From an uncultured Acidimicrobiaceae bacterium (GTDB lineage: Bacteria; Actinomycetota; Acidimicrobiia; Acidimicrobiales; RAAP-2), in contig CAVRJN010000009.1 of NCBI GenBank assembly GCA_963721585.1, forward strand, positions 47,900 to 111,899: a stretch of DNA of 64,000 bases, in the 5' to 3' direction. The notes under the pieces were generated by a model. It did no database searches and had not been told where the DNA came from. It saw nothing but the letters and a program-made list of their open reading frames with translations. The stretch's first letter is position 1. The number at the start of each line of letters is the position of its first letter. The position numbers and the translations under genes are program-made. Below, piece by piece: positions 9,498 through 18,006 of the stretch.

Positions 9498-11093
9498 TCA
9501 AGGTTTGCACGGCGCTATCGCCGGTAGACCCTCCGCACGATACTTGCGGTAGAGCACAGGTGTGAAAACAGTGAGCCGGTCTTGGCGAGCTTCCTCGAAT
9601 CCGTCCCACGACGTGACCTTTGCGTTGAACACCAGATACGCGAGCTCGCCGTACAACGCATAGCAGCCCTGTTGCGAGGCGGGAATACGGTCAAGGTTCA
9701 CGACCAGACGGGCGCCGATCGTGAGGTGCGTGTCCCACTTCCTGGCATTGGTCACCCCGGCCTGTGACGCGAGCACGACCTGGCCCGCAAGGGCGACCAG
9801 GACCACGCCGACAACGATCCGACGCCCGACCAGAGAGGCCCGATCACCGGAAACAGGGAATTCAACCCACGCGTACGAGACAAGGGCCACGAGAATGATC
9901 AGATTCGCCATGGTGTAGGTCGATGAAGGCGCCGTGGCTGTCAGGAACTGGACACGACCCGCTGCGACGAGGGTGTCGCACAACAACCCGAAGCAGATCA
10001 GAGCCACGGGAAGGCACGATCGGCCGTCGGCCCTGTGCCGGATCGACCGGATGGTGACGATGACTGCTACGACGAGCAGCGCCGCGCCCAGCAGACCGTT
10101 GAGCCACAAGGTGCTCTCGTTTGCATTAGGCACGACCTCCCCGATGTTGACGAGAACGAACTCGATCAAGCGCCACGGGTGCGCAAGCACGTAACTCGTG
10201 ACGGATCCAGAACAGGAAAACTGGAAGCCGCTCGCGGTGTTGCAGCCCAGCAAGAAGAACGTATAGCCCCAGAGCGCCGCTATCACCGTGCCGACCGCTG
10301 CGCCGATCCAGACGAGCACTTGCAATCTTTTGCGTCGGTCCCACTCCGACGGATGTCGTGGCGAGGTCCAGAGGAGGCATACGAGGCCGACCGGCCACAG
10401 ACACAAGCCGTGGACGAAGGAGAACGATGCCAGCACGGCGGTCAGAACGGCGAACACGAACGCTGTGGTTGACCGGCCCCACGTGGTGAGGAGACCGATC
10501 ATGACAATGAGGAAAAGCACAATCAGGTACCACGCCACCTGGAACCCCCAGAGTGCATTGTTCCAGTCGGCGAGGCTGAACCAGATGAGCCCCAGGACGA
10601 GAACCGCGAAGGGCGTGAGGGGGCGGCGCGCGTAGGCCCGGAGGAGTACGAGGTACACAATAAAACTGACAATGAACGTGGCGACGCTGAGCGCGTTGAG
10701 CACACGTAGGTCGTCATGAGCCCAGACGCCGGTGGCGACATAGACGAGGTTGGGCACGAGCATCCGGTTCTCGTCGTGAAGCGCCCAAAGCGATCCGAAC
10801 GAGAGATGTCCGGACACCGCGGAATGAAGAAGCGGAATCTCACTCCAGTCGTCTTCAAACGGGACGTTGAGGGCGTAATGTGCGACGAACGCGGTGTACG
10901 CGCCTGCGATCACAAGGACGACACCGACGACTGCCAGCTGGCGGAGACTTGGCCGCCGTACGCGTCGCCTGAACCATTCCTCCGCGGACCAGCGAGGGCC
11001 GGGCGGGTTCTCGGCCGCCAAAATCGGAACGTCGAGTACGGGCGATGCAGCACGCCAACGAGAGAATTCGGGTCCCGAGCTCTTCGTGGTCAT
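9498..11093 (-). CDS. polytopic membrane protein, possible GT-C-fold glycosyltransferase
   Basis: Start set at internal ATG (MTTKSSGPEF...). At least 10 hydrophobic segments. FEDDWSE motif after TM1. Soluble C-terminal domain. Confidence 0.55.
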   Translation of the reverse strand: MTTKSSGPEFSRWRAASPVLDVPILAAENPPGPRWSAEEWFRRRVRRPSLRQLAVVGVVLVIAGAYTAFVAHYALNVPFEDDWSEIPLLHSAVSGHLSFGSLWALHDENRMLVPNLVYVATGVWAHDDLRVLNALSVATFIVSFIVYLVLLRAYARRPLTPFAVLVLGLIWFSLADWNNALWGFQVAWYLIVLFLIVMIGLLTTWGRSTTAFVFAVLTAVLASFSFVHGLCLWPVGLVCLLWTSPRHPSEWDRRKRLQVLVWIGAAVGTVIAALWGYTFFLLGCNTASGFQFSCSGSVTSYVLAHPWRLIEFVLVNIGEVVPNANESTLWLNGLLGAALLVVAVIVTIRSIRHRADGRSCLPVALICFGLLCDTLVAAGRVQFLTATAPSSTYTMANLIILVALVSYAWVEFPVSGDRASLVGRRIVVGVVLVALAGQVVLASQAGVTNARKWDTHLTIGARLVVNLDRIPASQQGCYALYGELAYLVFNAKVTSWDGFEEARQDRLTVFTPVLYRKYRAEGLPAIAPCKP

Positions 11094-11194
11094 AGCGCCC
11101 CCTGAAAATCTAACCGACGTCCGCCGCGCAACCGAGGAAACTGTAGACCCTGGAAATCCGTGTGGTAAGGGCGCAAGACAGCGTGAGCCCAACT

Positions 11195-11759
11195 TCGACG
11201 TGAGCCGACTGCCGACATCGCAACGCTATAAGCGGCTCCACAAGCGTTGGCAGCTCTGCGAGAAGCAGCTCCCCGACCACCAGGTCCGGATCGACGTGAA
11301 GTTCGTGGCACCGATCAAGGGATCGCCGGCGAAGAAGTACTACCAGTTCACGACCATCGACGACTGCACCCGGCTGCGGGTTCTGCGCATCTGTCCACGT
11401 GAATCAGAAGACGGCCATCCAGATCGCCGCCTACGTCCTCGAGAAGCTGCCGCCCTTTGTCGTCCAGGTCATCCAGACGGACAATGGGTCAGAATTCCGC
11501 TCCTCGTTCCACTACCACCTGCTCGACAAGGGGATCGGGCGCAAGAACATCAAACCGAGGACGCCCCGCCTCAGCGGCAAGGCGGAGAGGTCTCATCGCA
11601 TCGACACCGAGGAGTTCTATCGGCTTCTCGACGGGGCGGCCATAGACGACGCCAAGATCTTCACCCACCAGTTCCACGAGTGGCAGGACGACTACAACTA
11701 CGATCGGCCCCACTGCAGCCTTGGAGGCCAAACCCCCTGCGAGCGACTAAAGCAAAAGA
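11195..11759 (+). pseudogene. IS481-family transposase remnant (5'-truncated, frameshifted, 3' end split by ISL3)
   Basis: RLPTSQRYKRLHKRWQLCEKQLPDHQVRIDVKFV...YYQFTTIDDCTRLRVLRI lies in one frame. NQKTAIQIAAYVLEKLPPFVVQVIQTDNGSEF...PRTPRLSGKAERSHRID...YNYDRPHCSLGGQTP (rve/DDE core) lies in another frame from about 11399. No N-terminal HTH region is present. Confidence 0.8.
11752..11759. repeat. left copy of 8-bp target-site duplication (gcaaaaga)
   Basis: Identical to 13186-13193, directly abutting the ISL3 inverted repeats. Confidence 0.9.
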
Positions 11760-13185
11760 GGCTCTTCGGATTTCAGCGGGGAGCCACCGCGTCCGGAGGT
11801 CCCCCTGAATTAGGCGAAGGTGCTCCAGGGTTGTGGTGTGAGCCAACTTCCCAGCAGCACCTTCGTCGTTACTGACCCTAGCGAGATCGTGAGGGCCATG
11901 GTGGGTCTCAAAGACGTCCGCGTCCTCGCGTATGTGCGCCGGGGTCCCGGCGTCGAGCTCATGATCGAGCAGGTGACCGGGGAGCTGTCGTGTCCGACGT
12001 GCGGGCAGCGAGCCCAGATCAAAGAGCGCCCGGTCGTGCACTACGTGGACCTGCCCGTCTACGGCACCCCCATGTCGTTGGCCTGGAAGAAGCACCGGCT
12101 GCGCTGTCTAGACCCGAGCTGCCCCAAGAGGTCCTGGGTGCTCGAGGATCACCGGATCGCGGCCAAGAGTTGCTTGTTGACGACCAGGGCGGCCAAGTGG
12201 GCGACGGTCCAGGTGGGAGGCGGCCGGACCGTCTCAGAAGTGGCGGCCGAGCTCTCCTGTGACTGGCACACGGTCAACGACGCCGTGTGCACCTATGGCG
12301 AGGCCCTGCTGGCCGCGGATCGCAAGCGCCTGAACCGCACCACGGCCATCGGCCTCGACGAGACGTCCTTCGTCAAGCTCTCTTCGCGGGTGACGACCGA
12401 CTACGCCACCACGGTGGCCGACGTGGAGAACCACCAGATCATCGAGATCCTCCCCACCCGCAAATACACCGATGTGGCGGGCTGGATCGACAAACAACCC
12501 AAGCCCTGGAAGGAGCGCATCCGCTTCGGGGCCCTCGACATGTCGGCCACCTATGCGGCGGTCTACACGGTCATGTTGCCCAGGGCGGCCCAGGTGGTCG
12601 ACCCCTTCCACGTCATCTCGCTGGCCAATCGCAGCCTCGATGCCGTCCGCCGGCGCGTCCAGACCGAACAGACCGGCCATCGGGGGCGACGCGACGATCC
12701 GCTCTATCGGGCCCGCCGGGTCCTTTTCCGCGGCGAAGAGCACCTCGACACCGCTGCCACCGAACGCCTGTGGTCACTGCTCGCCCTGGGCGATCCCGGG
12801 GCCGAAGTGGCCGTCGCCTATCGGGTCAAGGAGCGCCTTCGCGAGTTCTATCGAACGCGCCACCCCAAGACAGCAGAGGCGATGCTCAGAGAGCTTGAGC
12901 AGCACTGCCGCCGACGCACCATGCCTCCCGAAATCCAGAGGCTCGGACGGACCCTGCACGCCTGGTTCGAAAAGATCGCCAACTTCCACCTGGCCCGGGT
13001 GTCCAACGGCCCCACCGAAGCGCTCAACAACCTGATCAAGCGGATCAAGCGGATCGGCTTCGGATTCCGCAACTTCGAGAACTACCGGATCCGAGCGCTG
13101 CTCTACGCCGGCAAGCCGAACTGGCGCGTCCTGGGCTCGATCGTCGTCCGGTGAGGTCGCAGACCCCGCCAGAATCCGAAGACCC
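11760..13185 (+). mobile_element. ISL3-family insertion sequence, apparently intact (1426 bp)
   Basis: Terminal inverted repeats ggctcttcggatttcagcgggg (11760-) and the reverse complement of the right end, gggtcttcggattctggcgggg (-13185), match at 18 of 22 positions. Flanked by a perfect 8-bp direct repeat gcaaaaga. Confidence 0.9.
11820..13154 (+). CDS. ISL3 family transposase
   Basis: 444-aa ORF with an N-terminal zinc-finger-like CPTCG. Contains GLDETSFVK, DMSATYAAV, VVDPFHVISLANRSLDAVRR, and a C-terminal NGPTEALNNLIKRIKRIGFGFRNFENYRIRALLYAG. Confidence 0.92.
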   Translation: MLQGCGVSQLPSSTFVVTDPSEIVRAMVGLKDVRVLAYVRRGPGVELMIEQVTGELSCPTCGQRAQIKERPVVHYVDLPVYGTPMSLAWKKHRLRCLDPSCPKRSWVLEDHRIAAKSCLLTTRAAKWATVQVGGGRTVSEVAAELSCDWHTVNDAVCTYGEALLAADRKRLNRTTAIGLDETSFVKLSSRVTTDYATTVADVENHQIIEILPTRKYTDVAGWIDKQPKPWKERIRFGALDMSATYAAVYTVMLPRAAQVVDPFHVISLANRSLDAVRRRVQTEQTGHRGRRDDPLYRARRVLFRGEEHLDTAATERLWSLLALGDPGAEVAVAYRVKERLREFYRTRHPKTAEAMLRELEQHCRRRTMPPEIQRLGRTLHAWFEKIANFHLARVSNGPTEALNNLIKRIKRIGFGFRNFENYRIRALLYAGKPNWRVLGSIVVR

Positions 13186-13193
13186 GCAAAAGA
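13186..13193. repeat. right copy of 8-bp target-site duplication (gcaaaaga)
   Basis: Identical to 11752-11759. Confidence 0.9.
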
Positions 13194-13238
13194 CCCAGGC
13201 CCGCGTGTAGGCGGTGACCGTCAGTTGCACACACAACA
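13194..13238 (+). other. 3' tail of the interrupted IS481-family element
   Basis: Removing ISL3 plus one TSD copy restores the transposase reading frame ...CERLKQK-TQARV-stop. The tail ends in cacacacaaca a few nt before tRNA-Lys. The exact IS481 terminus was not determined. Confidence 0.5.
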
Positions 13239-13240
13239 GA

Positions 13241-13316
13241 TGGTGGGCCGCCCGGGTCTCGATCCCGGCACCTTGGGATTAAAAGTCCCCTGCTCTTCCG
13301 GATGAGCTAGCGGCCC
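13241..13316 (-). tRNA. tRNA-Lys (anticodon UUU), CCA encoded
   Basis: Manual fold of the reverse complement: GGGCCGC TA GCTC ATCCGGAA GAGC A GGGGA CTTTTAA TCCCA AGGTG CCGGG ATCGAGA CCCGG GCGGCCC A CCA. Acceptor stem is a perfect 7 bp. There is one G-A mismatch at 27-43 and an unusual A at T-loop position 54. Confidence 0.7.
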
Positions 13317-13366
13317 GACGCCTGCAAGATAACTGACGTACGGGGTGCCCGGAGGCGGACGGTATC

Positions 13367-14236
13367 TCAGCCGAGCGCAGCCAGACCCGGCACGACCGGC
13401 CCCCAGGTCTCCTCGAGCCATTGTGACGGTTCCTGGCCGGCCGCGCGGATGACGATCGCGTGCACCCCTGCGCCATGGAGCGCTTCGGCCTCCCGCAGAA
13501 TCGAGTCCGGCCCGGCGTCGTCCGCCACACCGATCAGCGCCGTCACCTCGATCTGGGCAAAATCCCGCCCGACGTCATCGCAATGGCGTCGCAGCACGTC
13601 CACCTTGTGCGCAACGGTCTCGACGTCGCCGATGATGTTGCAGGCGTCGGCGTACGCCGCGACCAGTCGCAGGGTCTTACGCTCGCCGCCACCCCCGATG
13701 AGCACCCGTGGTCGAGGTGAGCTGATGGGCTGGGGGGAACAGAGCGTCTCTGCTAGCTGGTAGTGGACACCCTCGTAGGGGCCGTCGTCGTCGCTCCACA
13801 TCTGGAAGCAGATCTGCAGTGTCTCTTCGAGCCGCTCGTAGCGCTCGCTCAACGGTGGGAACGGGACTCCAAGCCCTCGATGCTCCCGCTCGTACCACGC
13901 CGCACCAAGCCCGAGCTCAGCCCGGCCTCCGGAGAGCACGTCGAGGGTGGTGATCGTCTTCGCCAGGAGCCCCGGATGGCGGTACGTCACGCCACCCACC
14001 AGCATTCGGAACCGCAGTCGCTCCGTCCTTGCCGCCGCGAACGAAAGGGCCGTATAACCCTCGAGCATCGGTTCCTCCGCTGGCCACAGCATCTCCATCT
14101 GAAACCAGTGGTCCATCACCGACAGCGTGCGCACCCCGATCGCCTCTGCCGTCCGGGCCAGGATGCCAAACGTCGGCCCGATCGCCTCGGGACCGCCCGG
14201 CCAGGTGAAGCGGGGCACATGGATGTCCAATTGCAT
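13367..14236 (-). CDS. LLM-class F420-dependent oxidoreductase
   Basis: Start set at the ATG preceded by GGAGGA (MQLDIHVPRF...). The upstream part of ORF 13367..14617 is junk. SVMDHWFQME, GGVTYRHPGLLAKTITTLDVLSGGRAELGLGAAW and LIGGGGERKTLRLVA are typical luciferase-like monooxygenase motifs. Confidence 0.85.
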   Translation of the reverse strand: MQLDIHVPRFTWPGGPEAIGPTFGILARTAEAIGVRTLSVMDHWFQMEMLWPAEEPMLEGYTALSFAAARTERLRFRMLVGGVTYRHPGLLAKTITTLDVLSGGRAELGLGAAWYEREHRGLGVPFPPLSERYERLEETLQICFQMWSDDDGPYEGVHYQLAETLCSPQPISSPRPRVLIGGGGERKTLRLVAAYADACNIIGDVETVAHKVDVLRRHCDDVGRDFAQIEVTALIGVADDAGPDSILREAEALHGAGVHAIVIRAAGQEPSQWLEETWGPVVPGLAALG

Positions 14237-14391
14237 GTGTCGTCCTCCGTCGCTCATCTCGTTGCTATGGGCACGGTCTACCCGGCCCGAAGCCCTCTTC
14301 CGGTCGTCCTCTGCAGCCGCCACCCCTTTTCTCGTAATCCACACACACGTGATCCCCCTTCCACACCAGCCACGACCCGTAGGCTGTACGG

Positions 14392-15159
14392 ATGATTCCG
14401 AAGGTTTCTCTCCGCATACCCGCGCTGTTCCTTGCGATCGCCGGCACCCCGATGCTGCTCGGCGTCCTGTCGGGAACCGCCGCCGCCCAGGACACCACCA
14501 CGACCACGGCACCAGTGACGACGACCACGTTGGCACCAACGACCACGACGACGGTCCCCCCGACGACCGCGCCGACGACCACAACGACACTTCCGGCGAC
14601 CACGACGACACGTGCACACGCGACCACGACCACGTCCCACCCCACCACCACCACGACGGCGGTCCCGGGAAAATCGACGTCGAGCTCCAAGACGTTGGGG
14701 TGGGTTCTCTTGGCGGTGGTCATCGCTCTTCTGGCGATCTTCGTCGGCCTCCTGATCGGCCGGAGCCGGCGCCAGGGGCGCGAGGTGGACTGGGACCGCT
14801 CGGTACGCCCCGCCCTCACCGCGGCCGAATTGGCGCGTGAGCTCGTCCTCTCGCAGACGGACGCCGACGATGCCCAGCATCGGGCCACGGTGGCCGTGCA
14901 GGTCGACGACGCGGTCGAAGGTCTCGAGCGTGCTGCGGCAGGGGCGCCCGATGCGGCGCACCGATCGCTCTGCATGCGTTGCTCGAACAGCCTGCGCGGC
15001 TTGGCCTTCGCCGTCGAGGCGGATCATCTCTTGCGTTCTGGTGGGAAAACCCCTACCGGAGAGCAGTTAGCCTCAGCCGATTCGGCCCGGCGGAACCGCT
15101 CGGCCGAGCTGAATGCTGCGCTCGAAGACCTCAAGCTGGCGATCGCTCCCAAGAAGTAG
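14392..15159 (+). CDS. signal-peptide protein with about 70-aa Thr/Pro-rich region, one TM anchor and helical cytoplasmic tail
   Basis: N-terminal signal-like sequence ALFLAIAGTPMLLGVLSGTAAAQD. Then TTTTTAPVTTTTLAPTTTTTVPPTTAPTTTTTLPATTTT..., TM WVLLAVVIALLAIFVGLLIG, and RSRRQ stop-transfer. Confidence 0.6.
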   Translation: MIPKVSLRIPALFLAIAGTPMLLGVLSGTAAAQDTTTTTAPVTTTTLAPTTTTTVPPTTAPTTTTTLPATTTTRAHATTTTSHPTTTTTAVPGKSTSSSKTLGWVLLAVVIALLAIFVGLLIGRSRRQGREVDWDRSVRPALTAAELARELVLSQTDADDAQHRATVAVQVDDAVEGLERAAAGAPDAAHRSLCMRCSNSLRGLAFAVEADHLLRSGGKTPTGEQLASADSARRNRSAELNAALEDLKLAIAPKK

Positions 15160-15215
15160 CCGTCCCGGCGCTGTAGGACGCCTTGTCCACGGGAAACGGG
15201 ATCCGACGACTGCTG

Positions 15216-15662
15216 CTCATCCCGCAACAGAGGGGCGGTCAGCGTGCGCGCCGCACTTCTGGCCGGTAGCACCGCCACGAGGTTGGCCAACAGGACCGTG
15301 CCCACAGCGACCGGGACAATTGCCGGGACGGGCACCGTCGGATACGGCACCGCGTTGATCTGCTCTGCGAAAAGGTCCCAGAGCCAACGCCCGACAACGA
15401 GCCCGAGAGGGATCCCGATCACGATTCCGACGATGGCCGCGGTCGTCGCCTGGCAGGCCACGGCCGCGGCCACTTGGCGTCGTACGAAGCCGATCGTCTT
15501 CAAGAGCGCGAGGTCTCGGCGCCGCTGGTGGACCGACGCAACGAGGGTCAGTGTCAGGGCGACGATGGCGCCGATGACCAGCCCCGTCACGAGGAGCGCA
15601 GGCGTGAGTCCGATCGTCTTGTAGGTCGCGATCTCGGCCGGACGCTGGACACCTCGTACCAC
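15216..15662 (-). pseudogene. FtsX-like ABC permease fragment (C-terminal 3-TM domain only)
   Basis: ...DLALLKTIGFVRRQVAAAVACQATTAAIVGIVIGIPLGLVVG...LPARSAARTLTAPLLRDE. The extracytoplasmic and N-terminal parts are absent. There is no stop after the normal LRxE end, so the ORF reads on to 15024 into the convergent gene. Confidence 0.6.
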
Positions 15663-15700
15663 GATGGCGTGGCCCGCGGCTCCTCCCGGCGCTGTCGCAA

Positions 15701-16063
15701 GTGCGCTGTCCGCCGCCGCGACGATGCGATGGACTCCAGCGAGGGTGCCGGCGGCGGCACGACCTGGCCATCCTCAAGACGCTCGGTTTCACCCGGGGAC
15801 AGCTCGCCATCGCCGTTGCCGTGCAGGCGAGCGTCGCGGCCGTCATCGGATGCGTCATCGGGATCCCCGTCGGAATCGCCCTGGGCCGTGTCCTGTGGAA
15901 CCTCTTCGCAACCCAGATCAGCGCGGTGCCCGCGCCCACGGTCCCGGGTGGGACGGTGGTCCTGATCGGTGTCCTCGCTCTCGCGCTGGCAGTGCTGGTG
16001 GCCATGATCCCCGGCCGCCTGGCGGCGCGCACGACGACATCCCAACTTCTGCGCGCCGAGTAG
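15701..16063 (+). pseudogene. FtsX-like ABC permease fragment (last about 100 aa only)
   Basis: HDLAILKTLGFTRGQLAIAVAVQASVAAVIGCVIGIPVGIALG...IPGRLAARTTTSQLLRAE-stop. Homology starts about 15758. Only about half of the residues match the minus-strand fragment. Confidence 0.6.
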
Positions 16064-16074
16064 GGCGCCCGAGC

Positions 16075-17013
16075 TCAGTCGGCGAAGCGATCGATGAGCA
16101 GCTCGCCCACCTGCCGGACGGTGTCGGGTGAACCTGTGGGCATGTTGAAGATGAAGTACTGGACACCGGCGGCCGCCAGCTCCTCCACTCGGGCCACCAG
16201 CTCGTCGGGCGTGCCGATGTCCGAGGTCGTCGGCTCCTCCCCCGTGACCTGGCGCAGGAAGTCCCGGGTCGACGCCGTCTCCTCTGTGCTGCCGGTGAGC
16301 ACCAGGGTACTCAGCCGGCTGACCGTGACCTCCGACGGGTCGCGTCCCAGCACCTCGCAGTGGCGATGCAGCACGTCGACCTTGTGCGCCACCGTGGCCG
16401 CGTCACCGACGATGTTCGTCATGTCGGCGTAGCGGGCTACCAGCTGCAGCGTCCGCTTCTCGCCGCCGCCGCCGATGAGGATGGGCGGTCCACCCGGGTG
16501 CACCGGAGGCGGCACGTTGCGCGCCCCGTGGATGCGGTAGTAGCGGCCGTCGAATGACGGGGCCTCTTCGGTGAACATGGCGCGGCAGATCTGCAGCGCC
16601 TCCTCCAGGCGGTCGAGGCGCTCGCCGGCCGGGGGGAAATCGAAGCCCAGACCCTCGTGCTCCACGTCGTACCACGCCGCCCCGATGCCCAGGATGGCCC
16701 GTCCCGCGCTGATGATGTCGAGCGTCGTCACGATCTTGGCCAGGTGGGCCGGGTTGCGGTAGGTGACACCAGTGACCATGGTGCCGAGCCGCACGCGCGA
16801 CGTCTGCGTCGCCAGGGCGCCGAGCAGGGTGTAGGCGTCGAGCATCGGCTGGCTCGGCCCGCCCAACGGGGGCAGCTGGTAGAAGTGGTCCATCACCCAC
16901 ACGGAGTCGTAGCCGGCCTCCTCCGCCGCCGCGGCCATGGCGACCACTCCGGCGAAGAGGGCGCCCGGCGTCTCGTCGTTGGTGAAGTTGGGAATCTGGA
17001 GACCGAAGTGCAT
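16075..17013 (-). CDS. LLM-class F420-dependent oxidoreductase (Rv1855c/TIGR03560-like)
   Basis: 312-aa ORF. MHFGLQIPNF, SVWVMDHFYQLP, TGVTYRNPAHLAKIVTTLDIISAGRAILGIGAAW, LIGGGGEKRTLQLVA. Paralogue of 13367..14236. Confidence 0.9.
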   Translation of the reverse strand: MHFGLQIPNFTNDETPGALFAGVVAMAAAAEEAGYDSVWVMDHFYQLPPLGGPSQPMLDAYTLLGALATQTSRVRLGTMVTGVTYRNPAHLAKIVTTLDIISAGRAILGIGAAWYDVEHEGLGFDFPPAGERLDRLEEALQICRAMFTEEAPSFDGRYYRIHGARNVPPPVHPGGPPILIGGGGEKRTLQLVARYADMTNIVGDAATVAHKVDVLHRHCEVLGRDPSEVTVSRLSTLVLTGSTEETASTRDFLRQVTGEEPTTSDIGTPDELVARVEELAAAGVQYFIFNMPTGSPDTVRQVGELLIDRFAD

Positions 17014-17055
17014 GCCGCCGAACCTACTGGTGTGCAGGCCAGGGCGCGCCGGGCC

Positions 17056-18006
17056 TCACCAGCCGGTGAGCCGCCTGAGCCAGGCAAGGGCCACCGCACC
17101 CTGCGCGCCCTGGAAGGCGCGCAGCGTCGGCAGCCCGGGCGGGGGCGAGTAGAGCGAGTGGCGCACCAGGAATCCACCGAATGCCGCGACCAGTGGTGCG
17201 ACGACGTCGCGATCAATCGCCGATCCCGAAGCGGACAGGGCCAGAAGCTCTTCGGGCGCGGGACCGCCCTCGAGCTCAACGGACGGCGCCCAGGCGACCA
17301 GGTCGAAGACCGGTGCGCCGACACAGGCATGCGGCCAGTCGACGAACACGACGCCATGGGAGGTGACCAGCAGGTTGTCCGAGCGCACGTCGCAATGGAG
17401 CAGCGTCGATCCGGCGAGCGCGTCCGGCCACCCCGACTCGAGCTCGGCCAGACGGCTGAGATGGCGGCCGCTCCATTCGTCGAGCCCCTCGGGAGGCTCG
17501 GCCATGGCCGCCAGCTCGGCCCAGCCGCCGAACAGCGGCTGCAGCCTGTCGGCGGCCGGCTGCGCATCGGCGACGGGGTTGGGCGTGAGGGCGAGGTGCA
17601 GGGCATCGAGCGCGCGCACCGCTGCCTGCAGCTCGCGCCGGTCCCACGGATGCGCCGGCGGCCGGCCGTCAATGGCCACGAAAGCCAGCGCCACCCAGTC
17701 GCCGTCGTCGTAGACGTCGAGCAACCGCGGGAACTGGGGCCCCGCCGGCAACGACGCCGACACCACCGCCTCGCGCCGATGGAATTCGGGAGACACGGTG
17801 TTCAACCCGGCCCCGACCGCCTTCACGAAGATCGCTCCGCGAGGGCAGTCGAGCACCGCTGTCGCTCCCGGCGAGAACCCTCCGGGCAGGTCGCGCGCCA
17901 TTGCCGACGCGCCGCCTCCGACCCGGGCCGCCCACGTCCGGACCGCCGCGGGTACCTCGGACCAGGGCAGGTGGACGCCGGCCGCCGGACCGGTGGACGT
18001 GGTCAC
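17056..18006 (-). CDS. phosphotransferase (aminoglycoside/choline kinase, APH family)
   Basis: LLHCDVRSDNLLV (catalytic HxDxxxxN) and VFVDWPHACVGAPVFDL (DxD-type metal site). GTG start at 18006 overlaps the upstream stop (GTGA). The ORF-track extension to 18261 is Arg-rich junk. Confidence 0.75.
   Translation of the reverse strand: MTTSTGPAAGVHLPWSEVPAAVRTWAARVGGGASAMARDLPGGFSPGATAVLDCPRGAIFVKAVGAGLNTVSPEFHRREAVVSASLPAGPQFPRLLDVYDDGDWVALAFVAIDGRPPAHPWDRRELQAAVRALDALHLALTPNPVADAQPAADRLQPLFGGWAELAAMAEPPEGLDEWSGRHLSRLAELESGWPDALAGSTLLHCDVRSDNLLVTSHGVVFVDWPHACVGAPVFDLVAWAPSVELEGGPAPEELLALSASGSAIDRDVVAPLVAAFGGFLVRHSLYSPPPGLPTLRAFQGAQGAVALAWLRRLTGW

Noticed and set aside
13155-13366. Integrase or attachment-site evidence for a prophage at tRNA-Lys
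   Set aside because: There is no integrase, excisionase or phage gene in the window. Only IS elements are present, so only a generic island hypothesis is reported.
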